Below, in pieces: positions 19,362 through 29,272 of a DNA stretch of 64,000 nt. This stretch comes from Candidatus Moraniibacteriota bacterium (GTDB lineage Bacteria > Patescibacteriota > Minisyncoccia > Moranbacterales > UBA1568). Where the stretch lies: assembly GCA_963743885.1 (NCBI GenBank), contig CAVURJ010000001.1:438321-502320 (forward strand), written 5' to 3'. The position numbers and the translations under genes are program-made. The notes under the pieces were generated by a model. That model made no database searches. It was not told the DNA's origin and saw only the letters and a list, made by a program, of their open reading frames with translations. The first letter of the stretch is position 1. Every line of letters begins with the position of its first letter.

Positions 19362-19604
19362 TCAGGTATCGTAGTTGATGGAACGGCCCAGTTCTTCCTC
19401 GCGATCGTAATACCAGATAGCGCGTTGGATAGATGAGCCGTCGCTTGGCCTTGTCTGCTGTCCGCCCCCGTCAGAAACGACGGGTAGGGTTCCGCCGGAT
19501 GTTTCCGTGGCGGGTTCGCTTGGTGGCGGGGAATTCCCTCGAGCTGTTGCCAGTACGAGGAGTACCCCCGCGATGGCGGCAGTGACAGTGGGCGCGTGTT
19601 TCAA
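19362..19604 (-). CDS. small secreted/lipoprotein-like protein (TTG start)
   Basis: AAGGAGG, 6-nt spacer, TTG on the minus strand; signal-peptide-like KHAPTVTAAIAGVLLVLATARG; the longer 119-aa ORF lacks RBS. Confidence 0.4.
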   Translation of the reverse strand: MKHAPTVTAAIAGVLLVLATARGNSPPPSEPATETSGGTLPVVSDGGGQQTRPSDGSSIQRAIWYYDREEELGRSINYDT

Positions 19605-19757
19605 ATGAAGCCTCCTTTCTTGCTGGTTGTGAAAAAGCCCATTTGAAAACCATTCTATTATACACCTTTTCATATGTTTTGTCAATCGTCGATATATGGC
19701 TTTCTTGAGGTGAAAAATCACATCTTGAAGTGATGGTCGGCGCCAATCCGGCCGGAT

Positions 19758-20996
19758 ATGAGGTATAATAATCGTATGGCATTCTTCCGAAACATCTTTC
19801 GGGCGGTTTCTTTGCTGCTCCTCATATTTGCTGCATACGTCGTGACGTATGTGTTTTTCCGTGACCAGGGGGTGCGGATGCCGGCGGGTGGTGTTGCTGA
19901 TTCCTTCATCCGCCAGGTGACTGAGACAGCGAGGGAGGCAGTGAAGCTTCCGGCTCCCGAAGGCGCCAAGGAGCAGCCGTTCTCATGGAAGTATCGCGGC
20001 AGGGAATATCGGATTGGCCAGACGCTCTATGAGTCGTACTATCGATACTATGCGTCGCTGCCGGTCGGCGTGCCGGATGATGGTAGTTCCGAGCTCACGC
20101 TTCGCAGAGCGGGCAACGCGATGTTCATGACTCCGGCCGAAGGTGATGATGCGGTGAGGCGTCTTGCGGAAGCGCTCCGCACGCTCGGGAAGGAGCAGCA
20201 GCTCTCTGATGATCGGATTGCCGAGCTTGCTCTCGCGTTCGTGCAGTCCATTCCTTATGATCAGGGCAAGCTTGATCGGCGGACAGCGGGGCGGGATGGC
20301 ACGACGGAAAAAATATTCTATCCGTATGAGACGCTCTATTTGAAGACGGGAGTCTGCCAGGATAAGAGCTACCTTGCATACATGCTCCTCCGTGAGCTCG
20401 GCTATGGTGTCTCTATTTTCCTGTTTCCGGATCCGAAGGACAATCATATGGCGGTTGGCATCAAGTGTCCGGCAGCGTACGCCAACTACGGGTCGGGCTA
20501 CTGCTTCGCTGAGACAACGAGCACGGGCAACAAGATTGGTATGATACCTGACCTCATTCCGGGGAGTCGCGTTGCGACAGCGGATATCGAGATCGCAGCG
20601 GCGGAGAGTGGACAGGGCGATGGGTACCAGCCGCTTGGGCACGTCGAGATCATGAATGAATCAGCGGGCCGGGAGTATGCGGGCATCGTCGAGACGATCG
20701 CGACGCAGAAAGAGATCGAGCGGCTGAAGAATGCTATCGCTGCCGACAAGCGGACACTCAAGTCGGAGAAGGCGGCGATCGATGCGGCACAGGCCGAGCT
20801 CGACAAAATGATGAAGAAGCTTAATAAGCTCATGGATGCGGGGGAGTATGAAGAGTATAATGATCTTGTGAAGAAGTACAACAAGGCGCTCGATGTCCTG
20901 AAGAAGGATATCAAGGTATACAACGCGAAGATCGCTTCGAGCAATGCGACTATCGAGAAGTACAACCGGCTCATCCGAAGCTTCTACCAGCAGTAG
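19758..20996 (+). CDS. transglutaminase-like cysteine-protease-domain protein with an N-terminal TM helix and a C-terminal coiled coil
   Basis: Core GVCQDKSYLAYMLLRELGY (catalytic Cys) followed by NHMAVGI (His) and Asp; C-terminal heptad-rich K/E segment. Confidence 0.6.
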   Translation: MRYNNRMAFFRNIFRAVSLLLLIFAAYVVTYVFFRDQGVRMPAGGVADSFIRQVTETAREAVKLPAPEGAKEQPFSWKYRGREYRIGQTLYESYYRYYASLPVGVPDDGSSELTLRRAGNAMFMTPAEGDDAVRRLAEALRTLGKEQQLSDDRIAELALAFVQSIPYDQGKLDRRTAGRDGTTEKIFYPYETLYLKTGVCQDKSYLAYMLLRELGYGVSIFLFPDPKDNHMAVGIKCPAAYANYGSGYCFAETTSTGNKIGMIPDLIPGSRVATADIEIAAAESGQGDGYQPLGHVEIMNESAGREYAGIVETIATQKEIERLKNAIAADKRTLKSEKAAIDAAQAELDKMMKKLNKLMDAGEYEEYNDLVKKYNKALDVLKKDIKVYNAKIASSNATIEKYNRLIRSFYQQ

Positions 20997-21072
20997 GTGA
21001 TGCGTCTGATGCGCGCGTCGGGTCGTATCCGTAAGTAGTGGGATTTTTTGGATAGGCATTGAGAAAAAAGAT

Positions 21073-21669
21073 ATGGATATGAAGAAGGCGGTCCTGATAC
21101 AATCGGTGGTCCTTGGAGTGGCGCTCGCGCTACCGGTCTCTGCGGCGATGCCGCAGCAGACGGTCGCTGATTGTGTCGAACGGACAGGCAGGACGGAAGC
21201 GGACTGTGCCGAGATGATAGCGAGGTCCAAGGATAGTAGGCCGCCGGAGGGCGGTCCAGCAGAGCAAGGAGGGGATGGTAATAACGTGCAGGTGGACGAG
21301 GATATTGAACGTGCGGAAACCGTCTCGGAACGCTCTACGAAGATGCGGACCGATCGCGAGCGCCGCTATGCGCGGATGCAGGAGCGTATCGGGAAGATCA
21401 TCACGTATCTTGATGAGCAGGGTGCTGATACGGCTGTTGTGAAGGGATATCTTGATGTATTCAAGACGAAGGTTGCCGATATCTTGACTGCGTATGATGC
21501 GTACATAGCCACGCTCAAGACGTATGAGAGTGATGGGAGTGTTGCCAACAAGGCGGCTATCGCCGTATCGAAGGATAGCTTGCGAACGCGTATCATAGAC
21601 GCAAGCGAATATTACCGGTCGACGATCGTGACGATGCTCCGAGCGCTTATTGATGCTTTACCTGAATAA
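21073..21669 (+). CDS. secreted hypothetical protein (signal peptide)
   Basis: MDMKKAVLIQSVVLGVALALPVSAA; 198 aa. Confidence 0.55.
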   Translation: MDMKKAVLIQSVVLGVALALPVSAAMPQQTVADCVERTGRTEADCAEMIARSKDSRPPEGGPAEQGGDGNNVQVDEDIERAETVSERSTKMRTDRERRYARMQERIGKIITYLDEQGADTAVVKGYLDVFKTKVADILTAYDAYIATLKTYESDGSVANKAAIAVSKDSLRTRIIDASEYYRSTIVTMLRALIDALPE

Positions 21670-21679
21670 CTCGCAGATT

Positions 21680-21946
21680 ATGTCGAAAAAGAGCATTTTA
21701 TTTACCGTCGGAGCGGTATTGTGTGTCATGGCGGCCATCGCTTCGGTCGGCTGGGTTGTGGCGACGGAAATCAGCAAGAATAGGCAGGCGGTGCCGGCAG
21801 AGATGAAGCGCCCGGTCCGCACGGGACAGGAGATGGTCCGCAGGCCCGACCAGGAGATCGTCGTCAAGGATAAAACGAGCGCCAAGCAGATGCTCGATGT
21901 CCTCAATCAGGACGTGAGCAGCCTCGAGCGCGACGGAGTGGAGTAG
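21680..21946 (+). CDS. small membrane protein, hypothetical
   Basis: MSKKSILFTVGAVLCVMAAIASVGWVVA TM anchor; followed by a terminator at 21965-21988. Confidence 0.4.
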   Translation: MSKKSILFTVGAVLCVMAAIASVGWVVATEISKNRQAVPAEMKRPVRTGQEMVRRPDQEIVVKDKTSAKQMLDVLNQDVSSLERDGVE

Positions 21947-22037
21947 TCTTCTTTACTAAAGGGAGCGCCTCTCAATGAGGCGCTTTTTCGTTTTTGGAGT
22001 ATACTGCGAGGGGCATAACTATTGGCCGATATGATGT

Positions 22038-22466
22038 ATGGATAAGTACGAACTCGTGACCAAACTGAAGGAACAGCACCAAGCCCTCCTTCATGATCTT
22101 GATGGTATAGCTCGTCTGGCGGCTGCGCCAGTCGAAGGCACTGATAGGGAGATATGCTCTGGTCTCGAACAGTTCAAGACGGACCTTCTTTCTCATCTGA
22201 AACTGGAGGACGGAGTCTTTTATCCTGATTACCTCGACAAGGTGGCCTGGCGCGGGATAGATGTGAGTGGCGTCGAGGAATTCATCCGGCAGATGGGCGT
22301 CATCGCCAAAGCGGTCACAGCGTTTTTGGAGAAATATGCTGCGCCAGAGTCTGTCAGCGCCTCGTACGCGAGTTTCGGCAAGGAGCTCAAGGAAGTAGCT
22401 GGTACGCTTGCTGACCGCATTGAGACAGAAGAAGAGGGGGTATACGATGTCTATCTCTCCATGTAG
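22038..22466 (+). CDS. hypothetical protein, possibly a hemerythrin-like metal-binding fold
   Basis: His/Glu spacing (EQHQALLHDL...LSHLKLEDGVFYPDY); weak assignment. Confidence 0.45.
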   Translation: MDKYELVTKLKEQHQALLHDLDGIARLAAAPVEGTDREICSGLEQFKTDLLSHLKLEDGVFYPDYLDKVAWRGIDVSGVEEFIRQMGVIAKAVTAFLEKYAAPESVSASYASFGKELKEVAGTLADRIETEEEGVYDVYLSM

Positions 22467-22537
22467 CTGGGTAGATTTTCTGCTCCCGGTCCCGACTGGG
22501 AGCTTTTTTGTTTGACAGGATTTCCTGGGGTGTTGTA

Positions 22538-22560
22538 TACTTCATTATGTAAATGAAGTA
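22538..22560. promoter_or_regulatory. candidate LexA operator: perfect 9-bp inverted repeat TACTTCATT-N5-AATGAAGTA, 13 nt upstream of lexA
   Basis: Perfect dyad seen directly; its position in the lexA promoter region suggests autoregulation. Confidence 0.5.
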
Positions 22561-22572
22561 AACTAAAACAGT

Positions 22573-23223
22573 ATGCAGATACTGACACCAAAGCAGAAGA
22601 TCGTCCTGCAGGCGATCAAGGAATTCTTCTCGGAGAACGGCACGATGCCGACGGTCCGGGAGATTCAGACCATGTCGGAGCGGCTAGGACTCAAGTTGAA
22701 GAGTCTCCGGAGCTTCTTCATCTATCTCAATGAGCTTGAGGAGAAGGGGTACATTGAGCGGACGAGCGAGGATCGCGGTATCAAGCTCAAGGGTATAACG
22801 CGCGAATCCTTCATCGACGTACCGGTCTTCGGTATGGCCAATGCCGGCGCGGCGACGATGTTCGCGGACCAGTATATCGAAGGGTATCTCAAGGTGTCCA
22901 AGCGCATCGTGCGCACCGCATCGAGCGTTTTCGCGATCCAGGTCTCGGGGACGTCCATGAACAAGGCGAAGGTTGGCGGCAAGACAATCCAGAATGGTGA
23001 TTTCATTCTCGTCGATTCTTCCTGGAAGCACTATGATAATGGTGACCGCGTGCTCGTCGTCATCGACGGCTTAGCGACGGTCAAGACGTACCGTACAGTG
23101 GATGGCAAGAATATCGCGCTCATCCCGGAGTCGACCGACAAGAAGCACAAGCCGATCTTCCTGACCGAGGACGACGATTTCGTCATCAACGGCAAGGTGA
23201 TCGATGTGCTCAAAATGAAGTAA
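22573..23223 (+). CDS. lexA: LexA repressor (S24 peptidase)
   Basis: N-terminal winged-helix (TMPTVREIQ...LEEKGYIER); C-terminal S24 with the Ser-Lys dyad (VSGTSM ... K); 216 aa. Confidence 0.9.
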   Translation: MQILTPKQKIVLQAIKEFFSENGTMPTVREIQTMSERLGLKLKSLRSFFIYLNELEEKGYIERTSEDRGIKLKGITRESFIDVPVFGMANAGAATMFADQYIEGYLKVSKRIVRTASSVFAIQVSGTSMNKAKVGGKTIQNGDFILVDSSWKHYDNGDRVLVVIDGLATVKTYRTVDGKNIALIPESTDKKHKPIFLTEDDDFVINGKVIDVLKMK

Positions 23224-23292
23224 ATAATTGAGCATTTCCGGCTTTTAAGGAAAAGCGCTATACTGGCGATATAATATCGTAAGCTTTTTCTT

Positions 23293-24057
23293 ATGCAGGA
23301 GGATATGTTGAGGTATGCGAAGACCGGAGCGTTCGTCTTGGTCGCTTTCGCCGCAGTCATCTATTCGTACCAGTACGCCCGTTTTGTCGGGAACGCTTAT
23401 CCAGGCAAGACCTTCTCAGTCGAAGGCGTCGGAGAGATCGATAGCGTGCCGGATGTCGCATCCTTTTCTGTGAGCGTCATCACTGAGGGCGGACGGAATG
23501 TCGCCGATGCTCAGAGGATGAATACCGAGAAGATGAATCGCATCAATGCCTATGTCAAAGAGCAGGGCATCGAGGCCAAGGATCTCAAGACATCGCAGTA
23601 CAACGTCTCGCCGCGTTATGATTATCCTCCTTGCAAAGACGGTGTCTGCCCGCGGCCAGCTATTTCTGGCTACTCCATATCACAGTCACTTGATGTGAAG
23701 GTGCGCGAGACGGAGAAGCTTGGTGACCTTCTCTCCGGTGTAGTGGAGAACGGCGGTAACAGCGTCTCGGATATCCGTTTCGTGGTGGATGATGAGGATG
23801 CAGCCAAGGCTGAGGCGCGGGATGAAGCGATAGACAAGGCTAAGAAGAAGGCGAAGGCGATGGCCAAGGCTGGTGGTTTCCGCATCGGCAAGGTCGTGTC
23901 GATCTACGAGAGCTCCTCATCCCCGATGCCGATGGATGCCTATGGTCGTGGTGGTATGGAGATGAGCGACATGAAGGCGATGGCGGCGCCGACTATCGAG
24001 CCTGGCACGCAGACGTCGCAGGTCCAGGTATCGGTGACGTATGAGATCCTCGACTAA
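23293..24057 (+). CDS. SIMPL/DUF541-domain protein (26-kDa periplasmic immunogenic protein family); possible TTG start at 23308 with AGGAGG upstream
   Basis: FSVSVITEGGRNVADAQ...YNVSPRYDY...VSVTYEI pattern of the SIMPL family; signal-anchor. Confidence 0.75.
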   Translation: MQEDMLRYAKTGAFVLVAFAAVIYSYQYARFVGNAYPGKTFSVEGVGEIDSVPDVASFSVSVITEGGRNVADAQRMNTEKMNRINAYVKEQGIEAKDLKTSQYNVSPRYDYPPCKDGVCPRPAISGYSISQSLDVKVRETEKLGDLLSGVVENGGNSVSDIRFVVDDEDAAKAEARDEAIDKAKKKAKAMAKAGGFRIGKVVSIYESSSSPMPMDAYGRGGMEMSDMKAMAAPTIEPGTQTSQVQVSVTYEILD

Positions 24058-24244
24058 GTAACTATCTCAAATCTCACCGCTCAAAAAAAATTAGAAACAC
24101 GCTTGCCGGCTGAAATTCGCTTATTTTGGCTGCAAAATCCGAATGCTTCGTCAGGTTACCTTCTAGGTAGCCTTTCCAAACCCTTCGAATTTTTCGCTCA
24201 AAATAAGCGAATTTACAGCTCGACATGAGATTTGAGATAGTTAC
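24058..24244. repeat. 187-bp element with nested perfect inverted repeats (outer 19 bp 24058-24076/24226-24244; inner 16 bp 24113-24128/24199-24214)
   Basis: Reverse-complement arms verified by eye; lies between the SIMPL gene and the ECF sigma gene. Confidence 0.8.
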
Positions 24245-24381
24245 TAGTATGACGCTTTTGGAACGGGCCGGATTTCCGGCTCGTTTTTCTTTTGCGCCGG
24301 AAGAGACGGGCCGCGCGTAGTGATAGGGAGCGGCACGGAGGCTGCTTTTTGATGTTACAATAGGAGGAGAGAATTTTCTGA

Positions 24382-24963
24382 TTGACGGATGGTATGGATG
24401 ACAAGGCTCTCATAGAGGCGCATCTCGCAGGGGATGAACAGGCGTTCGAACAGCTACTGGGCAAGTATCTGTCGCCGGTTTACAATTTCGTCTTCCAGAT
24501 GGCCCGCGATCGTGAGGTGGCGGATGATATCGTCCAAGAGACCTTCATCAAGGCCTGGAAAAATCTCTCCGGCTTTGATCGGGAGAGGAGCTTCAAGACG
24601 TGGCTTTTTACGATCGCCAAGCATACTGCTTTTGATTACTTCAAAAAGAAGAAAGCGTTGCCGTTTTCGGCGTTTGATGATGGCGAGGGCGGGAGCGTCT
24701 TCGAGGAAGTGGGGGGCGATCAGGTATTGCCTGATGAGATCTTGGGGCGCGAGGAGGCCGTAGCTGACCTTGATCGAGCGCTGGCAAAACTCCCCGATGG
24801 GTCGCGCAATATCCTTCTTTTGGCGTATCGGGAAGATCTTTCACTTCAGGAGATCGCTGAGGTTCTCGGAGAGCCGTATAATACCGTGAAAAGCCGCCAT
24901 AACAGGGCTATCCGCAAGCTTCGGCAGGTGATGTCGGAAGATGCGCCAGGAACCGTCCAGTAG
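24382..24963 (+). CDS. RNA polymerase ECF-type sigma-70 factor
   Basis: Region 2 (VYNFVFQMARDREVADDIVQETFIKAW) and region 4 (LSLQEIAEVLGEPYNTVKSRHNRAIRKLR); TTG or ATG start ambiguous. Confidence 0.85.
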   Translation: MTDGMDDKALIEAHLAGDEQAFEQLLGKYLSPVYNFVFQMARDREVADDIVQETFIKAWKNLSGFDRERSFKTWLFTIAKHTAFDYFKKKKALPFSAFDDGEGGSVFEEVGGDQVLPDEILGREEAVADLDRALAKLPDGSRNILLLAYREDLSLQEIAEVLGEPYNTVKSRHNRAIRKLRQVMSEDAPGTVQ

Positions 24964-25124
24964 TCGTATAATGAGCAAAGGCTATGCCCGGTAGTAGAAC
25001 TTCGAAAAGTTCCATCGGGCAACAAGAAAAGATTTGTACATATTTTCCCACGGTCGTAGAGAAATGTGTACACTATAAAAAAGAAGCATAATCAAGCCAA
25101 TCATTCGAAGTTTCACTACTGGGT

Positions 25125-25562
25125 ATGAATACTCTCAATACCATCTTCAAGCACATCGCTCCTTCCGTCCTGCCGGCCCCCGGCCTTGCGGAGCGGATTC
25201 TTGCTGCTATCGCTTCCGAGCTTGATCGGCGTGTGCGGCGTGAACGCCGGGCGGCCTATGCTGGCATGGCACTTTCGGCGGCGGTCGCATCGGCTGCTGG
25301 GGCGGGATACGGCGGGGAGCTTGCCCAGTCGGATTTTTGGAGCATCGTTTCGCTCGCTTTTTCGGATGCGAGTGCGTTGGCCGGATACTGGGACAGTTTC
25401 CTGTATTCGCTCATCGAGACGTTTCCGGCGGCGGCTGTCGCTGCTTTCGTCCTGCCGGTCTTCGTCTTCCTCATCTCACTCGGCATGTACTCGCGGTTCC
25501 GTCAGGATGCTGATCGGCAGAGCCGGTATCCCGGTGTGGGGCATCATGCTTCCGCCGCCTGA
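25125..25562 (+). CDS. putative membrane anti-sigma factor / hypothetical membrane protein
   Basis: Downstream of the ECF sigma; Ala-rich with a C-terminal TM; function inferred from position only. Confidence 0.4.
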   Translation: MNTLNTIFKHIAPSVLPAPGLAERILAAIASELDRRVRRERRAAYAGMALSAAVASAAGAGYGGELAQSDFWSIVSLAFSDASALAGYWDSFLYSLIETFPAAAVAAFVLPVFVFLISLGMYSRFRQDADRQSRYPGVGHHASAA

Positions 25563-25613
25563 TTTCTTATCCTATATCATTTATCCCTCATCTCTTAACT
25601 CTTCTTCAAAAAT

Positions 25614-26117
25614 ATGGATATCAAGAATCTCTCCCAATCGAAAGCCTTCCGTGTCGCGGTCATTGTGACGGGCGTCCTTTTGGTTGCGCTTCTCAGTTTT
25701 TCAGCTGGTGTGAACGTCGGTTTGCGCAAGGCCAAGTTTTCCTATGCGTTCGGTGAACAGTATGAGCGCAATTTCGGCGGTGGACCACTTGCTATCGGCA
25801 AGGGGCCGATGATGGGTGGCTCTGGCAAGATGATGCCGCTTGCCGGCATTGATGACAAGGAGTTTCGCAATGGGCATGGATTGATCGGCGAGATCATTTC
25901 GATGACCGAGAGCTCGCTCATCGTTGAGGACATCTTCGGTAACGAAAACACCGTTTCGCTCGGCAAGGAGACGATCGTCAAAGACGGCCGCAAGGACGTG
26001 ACGGTCTCTGCGCTCAAGACAGGCGATCGGATAGCTGTAATCGGTAAGCCCGATGAGCAGGCTGGTGCGGTCGAGGCACGCTTCATCCGTATCCTGCCGG
26101 TACCGGCAGGCGAGTAA
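25614..26117 (+). CDS. membrane-anchored hypothetical protein
   Basis: N-terminal TM then a soluble domain; 167 aa. Confidence 0.5.
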   Translation: MDIKNLSQSKAFRVAVIVTGVLLVALLSFSAGVNVGLRKAKFSYAFGEQYERNFGGGPLAIGKGPMMGGSGKMMPLAGIDDKEFRNGHGLIGEIISMTESSLIVEDIFGNENTVSLGKETIVKDGRKDVTVSALKTGDRIAVIGKPDEQAGAVEARFIRILPVPAGE

Positions 26118-26137
26118 TCCGATCTATCCCTTAGTAT

Positions 26138-27241
26138 ATGAGTATCATCAGGAGCATTGTCGCGGCTATGCGCGCGCATTGGAAGCTGTCGATTGTTATT
26201 GTGACCGTCTTGATTGGCGGATATTATTACATGTCTTCCTCTTCGTCGCAGCAGGCGGCGCCGACGACCGTGACCAAAGCTGAGGCGGTGAAGCGCGGCG
26301 ATCTTCGCGTAAGCGTGTCCGGCAGCGGTCAGGTGGAGGCGGCTTCCCAGGTCGACTTGACGCCGGTCATCGCCGGCGATGGTATCGATGTCATGCGCGT
26401 GCTCGTCAAAAACAACCAAGAAGTGAAGAAGGGGCAAGTCATCGCAGTGCTTGATACTGAGGATGCCGTGCGTGCTATCGAGAGCGCTGAGCTCGATCTG
26501 CGCGATGTGAAGACGAGGCAGCAACAGACAGCGAGTCAGTACAAGGGCGATACCAAGAGCGATATGCTGAACCGCCGGTTGCAGGAAATCGCCTTGAAGC
26601 AGAGCCAGAACAATCTCGACAAAGCCAAGGAAAAGCTCCAAGACTATTCCATCAAGGCGCCCTTTGATGGTGTCGTGACCGGCCTCTCTGTCGAGGCTGG
26701 AGACTCGGTTTCTCGCTCGACTATCATCGCGTCTGTCATTACGCGTGATATGCAGGTGACGGTCTCGCTCAATGAGGTGGATGCTGCCAGAGTAGCAGAG
26801 GGCAATAACGTCACGCTTTCCTTTGACGCGCTACCCGAGCTTGCTCTCTCTGGAAAAATATCCCGTATCGATACAATCGGCACGACCACGCAGAACGTCG
26901 TTTCCTATGACGCGGAGATCGAGCTTGATAAGCAAGACGTGTCGCTCCGTCCTGGTATGAGCGCGAGCGCCGAGATCGCTGTTGCCGAAAGGCAGGCAGT
27001 GCTCCTCGTGCCGAATGCTGCTTTGGTGACGGCTGACGGCAAGACGACCGTGAAGATGACACAAGGGACAAGAGCGGTTGTGACAGGGTTGACTGATGAT
27101 GTGTACACGGAGATCGTGAGCGGCCTATCGGAAGGCGACAAGGTACTCATTGAGACTACTGCCACTGCTACCAAGTCCGGCAGCTCGAGCGTCTTCAGTT
27201 CACTCTTCCGCACGCCTGGTTCCGGGAGTAGAAATAGGTAG
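26138..27241 (+). CDS. efflux transporter periplasmic adaptor (membrane fusion protein, HlyD/MacA family)
   Basis: N-terminal TM; biotinyl/lipoyl-like hairpin (IAGDGIDVMRVLVKNNQEVKKGQVIAVLD); coiled-coil and beta-barrel segments. Confidence 0.85.
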   Translation: MSIIRSIVAAMRAHWKLSIVIVTVLIGGYYYMSSSSSQQAAPTTVTKAEAVKRGDLRVSVSGSGQVEAASQVDLTPVIAGDGIDVMRVLVKNNQEVKKGQVIAVLDTEDAVRAIESAELDLRDVKTRQQQTASQYKGDTKSDMLNRRLQEIALKQSQNNLDKAKEKLQDYSIKAPFDGVVTGLSVEAGDSVSRSTIIASVITRDMQVTVSLNEVDAARVAEGNNVTLSFDALPELALSGKISRIDTIGTTTQNVVSYDAEIELDKQDVSLRPGMSASAEIAVAERQAVLLVPNAALVTADGKTTVKMTQGTRAVVTGLTDDVYTEIVSGLSEGDKVLIETTATATKSGSSSVFSSLFRTPGSGSRNR

Positions 27242-27251
27242 AACTACTCGT

Positions 27252-27935
27252 ATGATCCGATGCAGGGATATTAGGAAGACCTACTACAATGAGGGCAACG
27301 CGACCGAGGTGCTCAAGGGTGTCTCATTCGATATCCAAGATGGCGAGTTCGTCTCAATCATGGGGCCGTCCGGTTCCGGCAAATCGACGCTCATGCATAT
27401 CCTGGGCGCGCTCGATAGTCCGACGGGCGGGCAGTATCTGCTTGATGGCAAGGATATGTCGAGTCTTTCAGATGATGAGCTCGCGCGTATCCGCCGCGAT
27501 AAGATCGGGTTCGTGTTTCAGGCGTTCAATCTGTTGCCGAGGACGAGCGTGATCCGCAATGTTATGTTGCCGCTTATCTATCAGGAAGTGCCGATCGCAG
27601 AGCGGGAGAAGCGCGTCGAGGATGCGCTCCGGGCGGTCGGGCTTGATGAGGAGCGCTGGCAGCATCATTCCAATCAGCTTTCTGGCGGACAGATGCAGCG
27701 TGTGGCGATTGCTCGAGCGCTCGTCAATCAGCCGTCGCTCATCCTCGCAGACGAGCCGACCGGCAATCTTGATACCAAGACTGGCGAGCTCGTACTCCAG
27801 ACGTTCGAGCGGCTCAATCGTGAGCATGGGCATACGATCATCCTCATCACGCATGAGCCGGAAGTCGCTGCACATGCCGATCGCACGCTCATGATCCGTG
27901 ATGGGTTGCTTGTCTCGGATACCCGAAACAAATAG
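27252..27935 (+). CDS. ABC transporter ATP-binding protein (MacB/LolD type)
   Basis: Walker A GPSGSGKST; signature LSGGQMQRVAIARAL; Walker B ILADEPTGNLD; H-loop ITHE. Confidence 0.9.
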   Translation: MIRCRDIRKTYYNEGNATEVLKGVSFDIQDGEFVSIMGPSGSGKSTLMHILGALDSPTGGQYLLDGKDMSSLSDDELARIRRDKIGFVFQAFNLLPRTSVIRNVMLPLIYQEVPIAEREKRVEDALRAVGLDEERWQHHSNQLSGGQMQRVAIARALVNQPSLILADEPTGNLDTKTGELVLQTFERLNREHGHTIILITHEPEVAAHADRTLMIRDGLLVSDTRNK

Positions 27936-27959
27936 ACTTAAGCTGTTTTGCTCATACGT

Positions 27960-29186
27960 ATGTTTGCATCCGATCTCGTTCAAGAAATCTATACGTCCGT
28001 GACGGTCAATAAGTCTCGGTCTGGTTTGACGGTGCTTGGCATCGTGATCGGTATCGCGTCAGTCATCATCATGGTGGCGATCGGTCGCGGTGCACAGAGT
28101 ACGATCGAGGCGAGTATCCAGTCGATAGGGTCGAATTTGCTTATGGTCCGTCCAGGAGCTGAACATGCGCCTGGTTCTCCCGTCGTTGGTTCACAGGGCT
28201 CGGCGCAGTCTCTGGTACTTGATGATGTCGATGCACTCAAGAAGGGAGTGCCCGCTATAGAACTGGTGGCACCGGAGGCTTCTTCACGGAGTAAGCAGGT
28301 AACAGCCGAAGGGCAGAATACCAACACGGGTATCACTGGTGTGACGGCTGAGTATGCAAAGGTACGAAGCATCGGCGTCGCTTCCGGATCGTTCATCACA
28401 GCATCGCACGTGAAGAGTCTGGCCAAGGTCGCTGTCATCGGCCCCGACGTCAAGACGGCGCTCTATGGCGAAGGAGCTGCTGATCCGATTGGTAAGAAGA
28501 TCCGTATTGCTGGAACTGATTTCACGGTCATCGGTGTGACGGCTGCCAAGGGTGGGTCAGGTTTCGGCAGTGCTGACGATGTCATCTACGTACCGCTCTC
28601 GACGGCACAGCAGTTCTTCACGGGCAGCGAATCCCTTTCCATGATCAATATCAACGTGAAGAGCGGTGAGGATATGAATGCGGCATCGGCCGCAGCTAAG
28701 ACGGTGCTTCTTGCGAGTCATGGGATCACGGATGCCACGCAGGCTGACTTTTCTATCATGAACCAGGCGGACATCGTCTCGACGGCTTCGTCGGTGACAG
28801 GGACCTTCACGGCGCTTCTGGCGGCGGTCGCTGGCATCTCGCTCGTCGTGGGCGGTATCGGCATCATGAATATGATGCTCACGACTGTCACAGAGCGGAC
28901 GCGCGAGATAGGACTGCGCAAGGCGATCGGCGCTGAAGGGTGGGATATCCGCAAGCAATTCCTTTTCGAGGCTATCACACTCACATTCTTCGGCGGGGCG
29001 ATCGGCATCCTGCTCGGCTGGACTGTGGCGCTCGTTGCCAATTCGTATGGTGTGACTGCGTCCGTTTCTACGAGCTCTGTCCTCTTGGCCTTCGCGGTTT
29101 CAACGGCGATCGGCATCGTCTTCGGGTACTATCCGGCCAGCCGTGCGGCGCGTCTCAGCCCGATTGAAGCGCTCCGGTACGAGTGA
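27960..29186 (+). CDS. ABC transporter permease (MacB-like periplasmic domain plus FtsX 4-TM domain)
   Basis: Typical MacB_PCD/FtsX layout: N-terminal TM, large periplasmic domain, three C-terminal TMs; ORF frame extends to a TTG at 27948. Confidence 0.85.
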   Translation: MFASDLVQEIYTSVTVNKSRSGLTVLGIVIGIASVIIMVAIGRGAQSTIEASIQSIGSNLLMVRPGAEHAPGSPVVGSQGSAQSLVLDDVDALKKGVPAIELVAPEASSRSKQVTAEGQNTNTGITGVTAEYAKVRSIGVASGSFITASHVKSLAKVAVIGPDVKTALYGEGAADPIGKKIRIAGTDFTVIGVTAAKGGSGFGSADDVIYVPLSTAQQFFTGSESLSMININVKSGEDMNAASAAAKTVLLASHGITDATQADFSIMNQADIVSTASSVTGTFTALLAAVAGISLVVGGIGIMNMMLTTVTERTREIGLRKAIGAEGWDIRKQFLFEAITLTFFGGAIGILLGWTVALVANSYGVTASVSTSSVLLAFAVSTAIGIVFGYYPASRAARLSPIEALRYE

Positions 29187-29272
29187 GAGAGGAAGAGGTA
29201 AAAGATAGGAAACATATTGAAGAAAGAAAAGACCCGGCAGGATTTCCTGTCGGGCTTTGTTGCACGGTTCGT

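Noticed and set aside
19362-19721. 119-aa version of the small minus-strand gene
   Set aside because: The N-terminal 39 codons have no RBS and overlap the promoter region of the divergent gene; the shorter TTG-initiated form with AAGGAGG is preferred.
25742-26641. 299-aa minus-strand ORF
   Set aside because: Antisense to the membrane-fusion-protein gene and the upstream gene; composition typical of spurious GC-rich frames.
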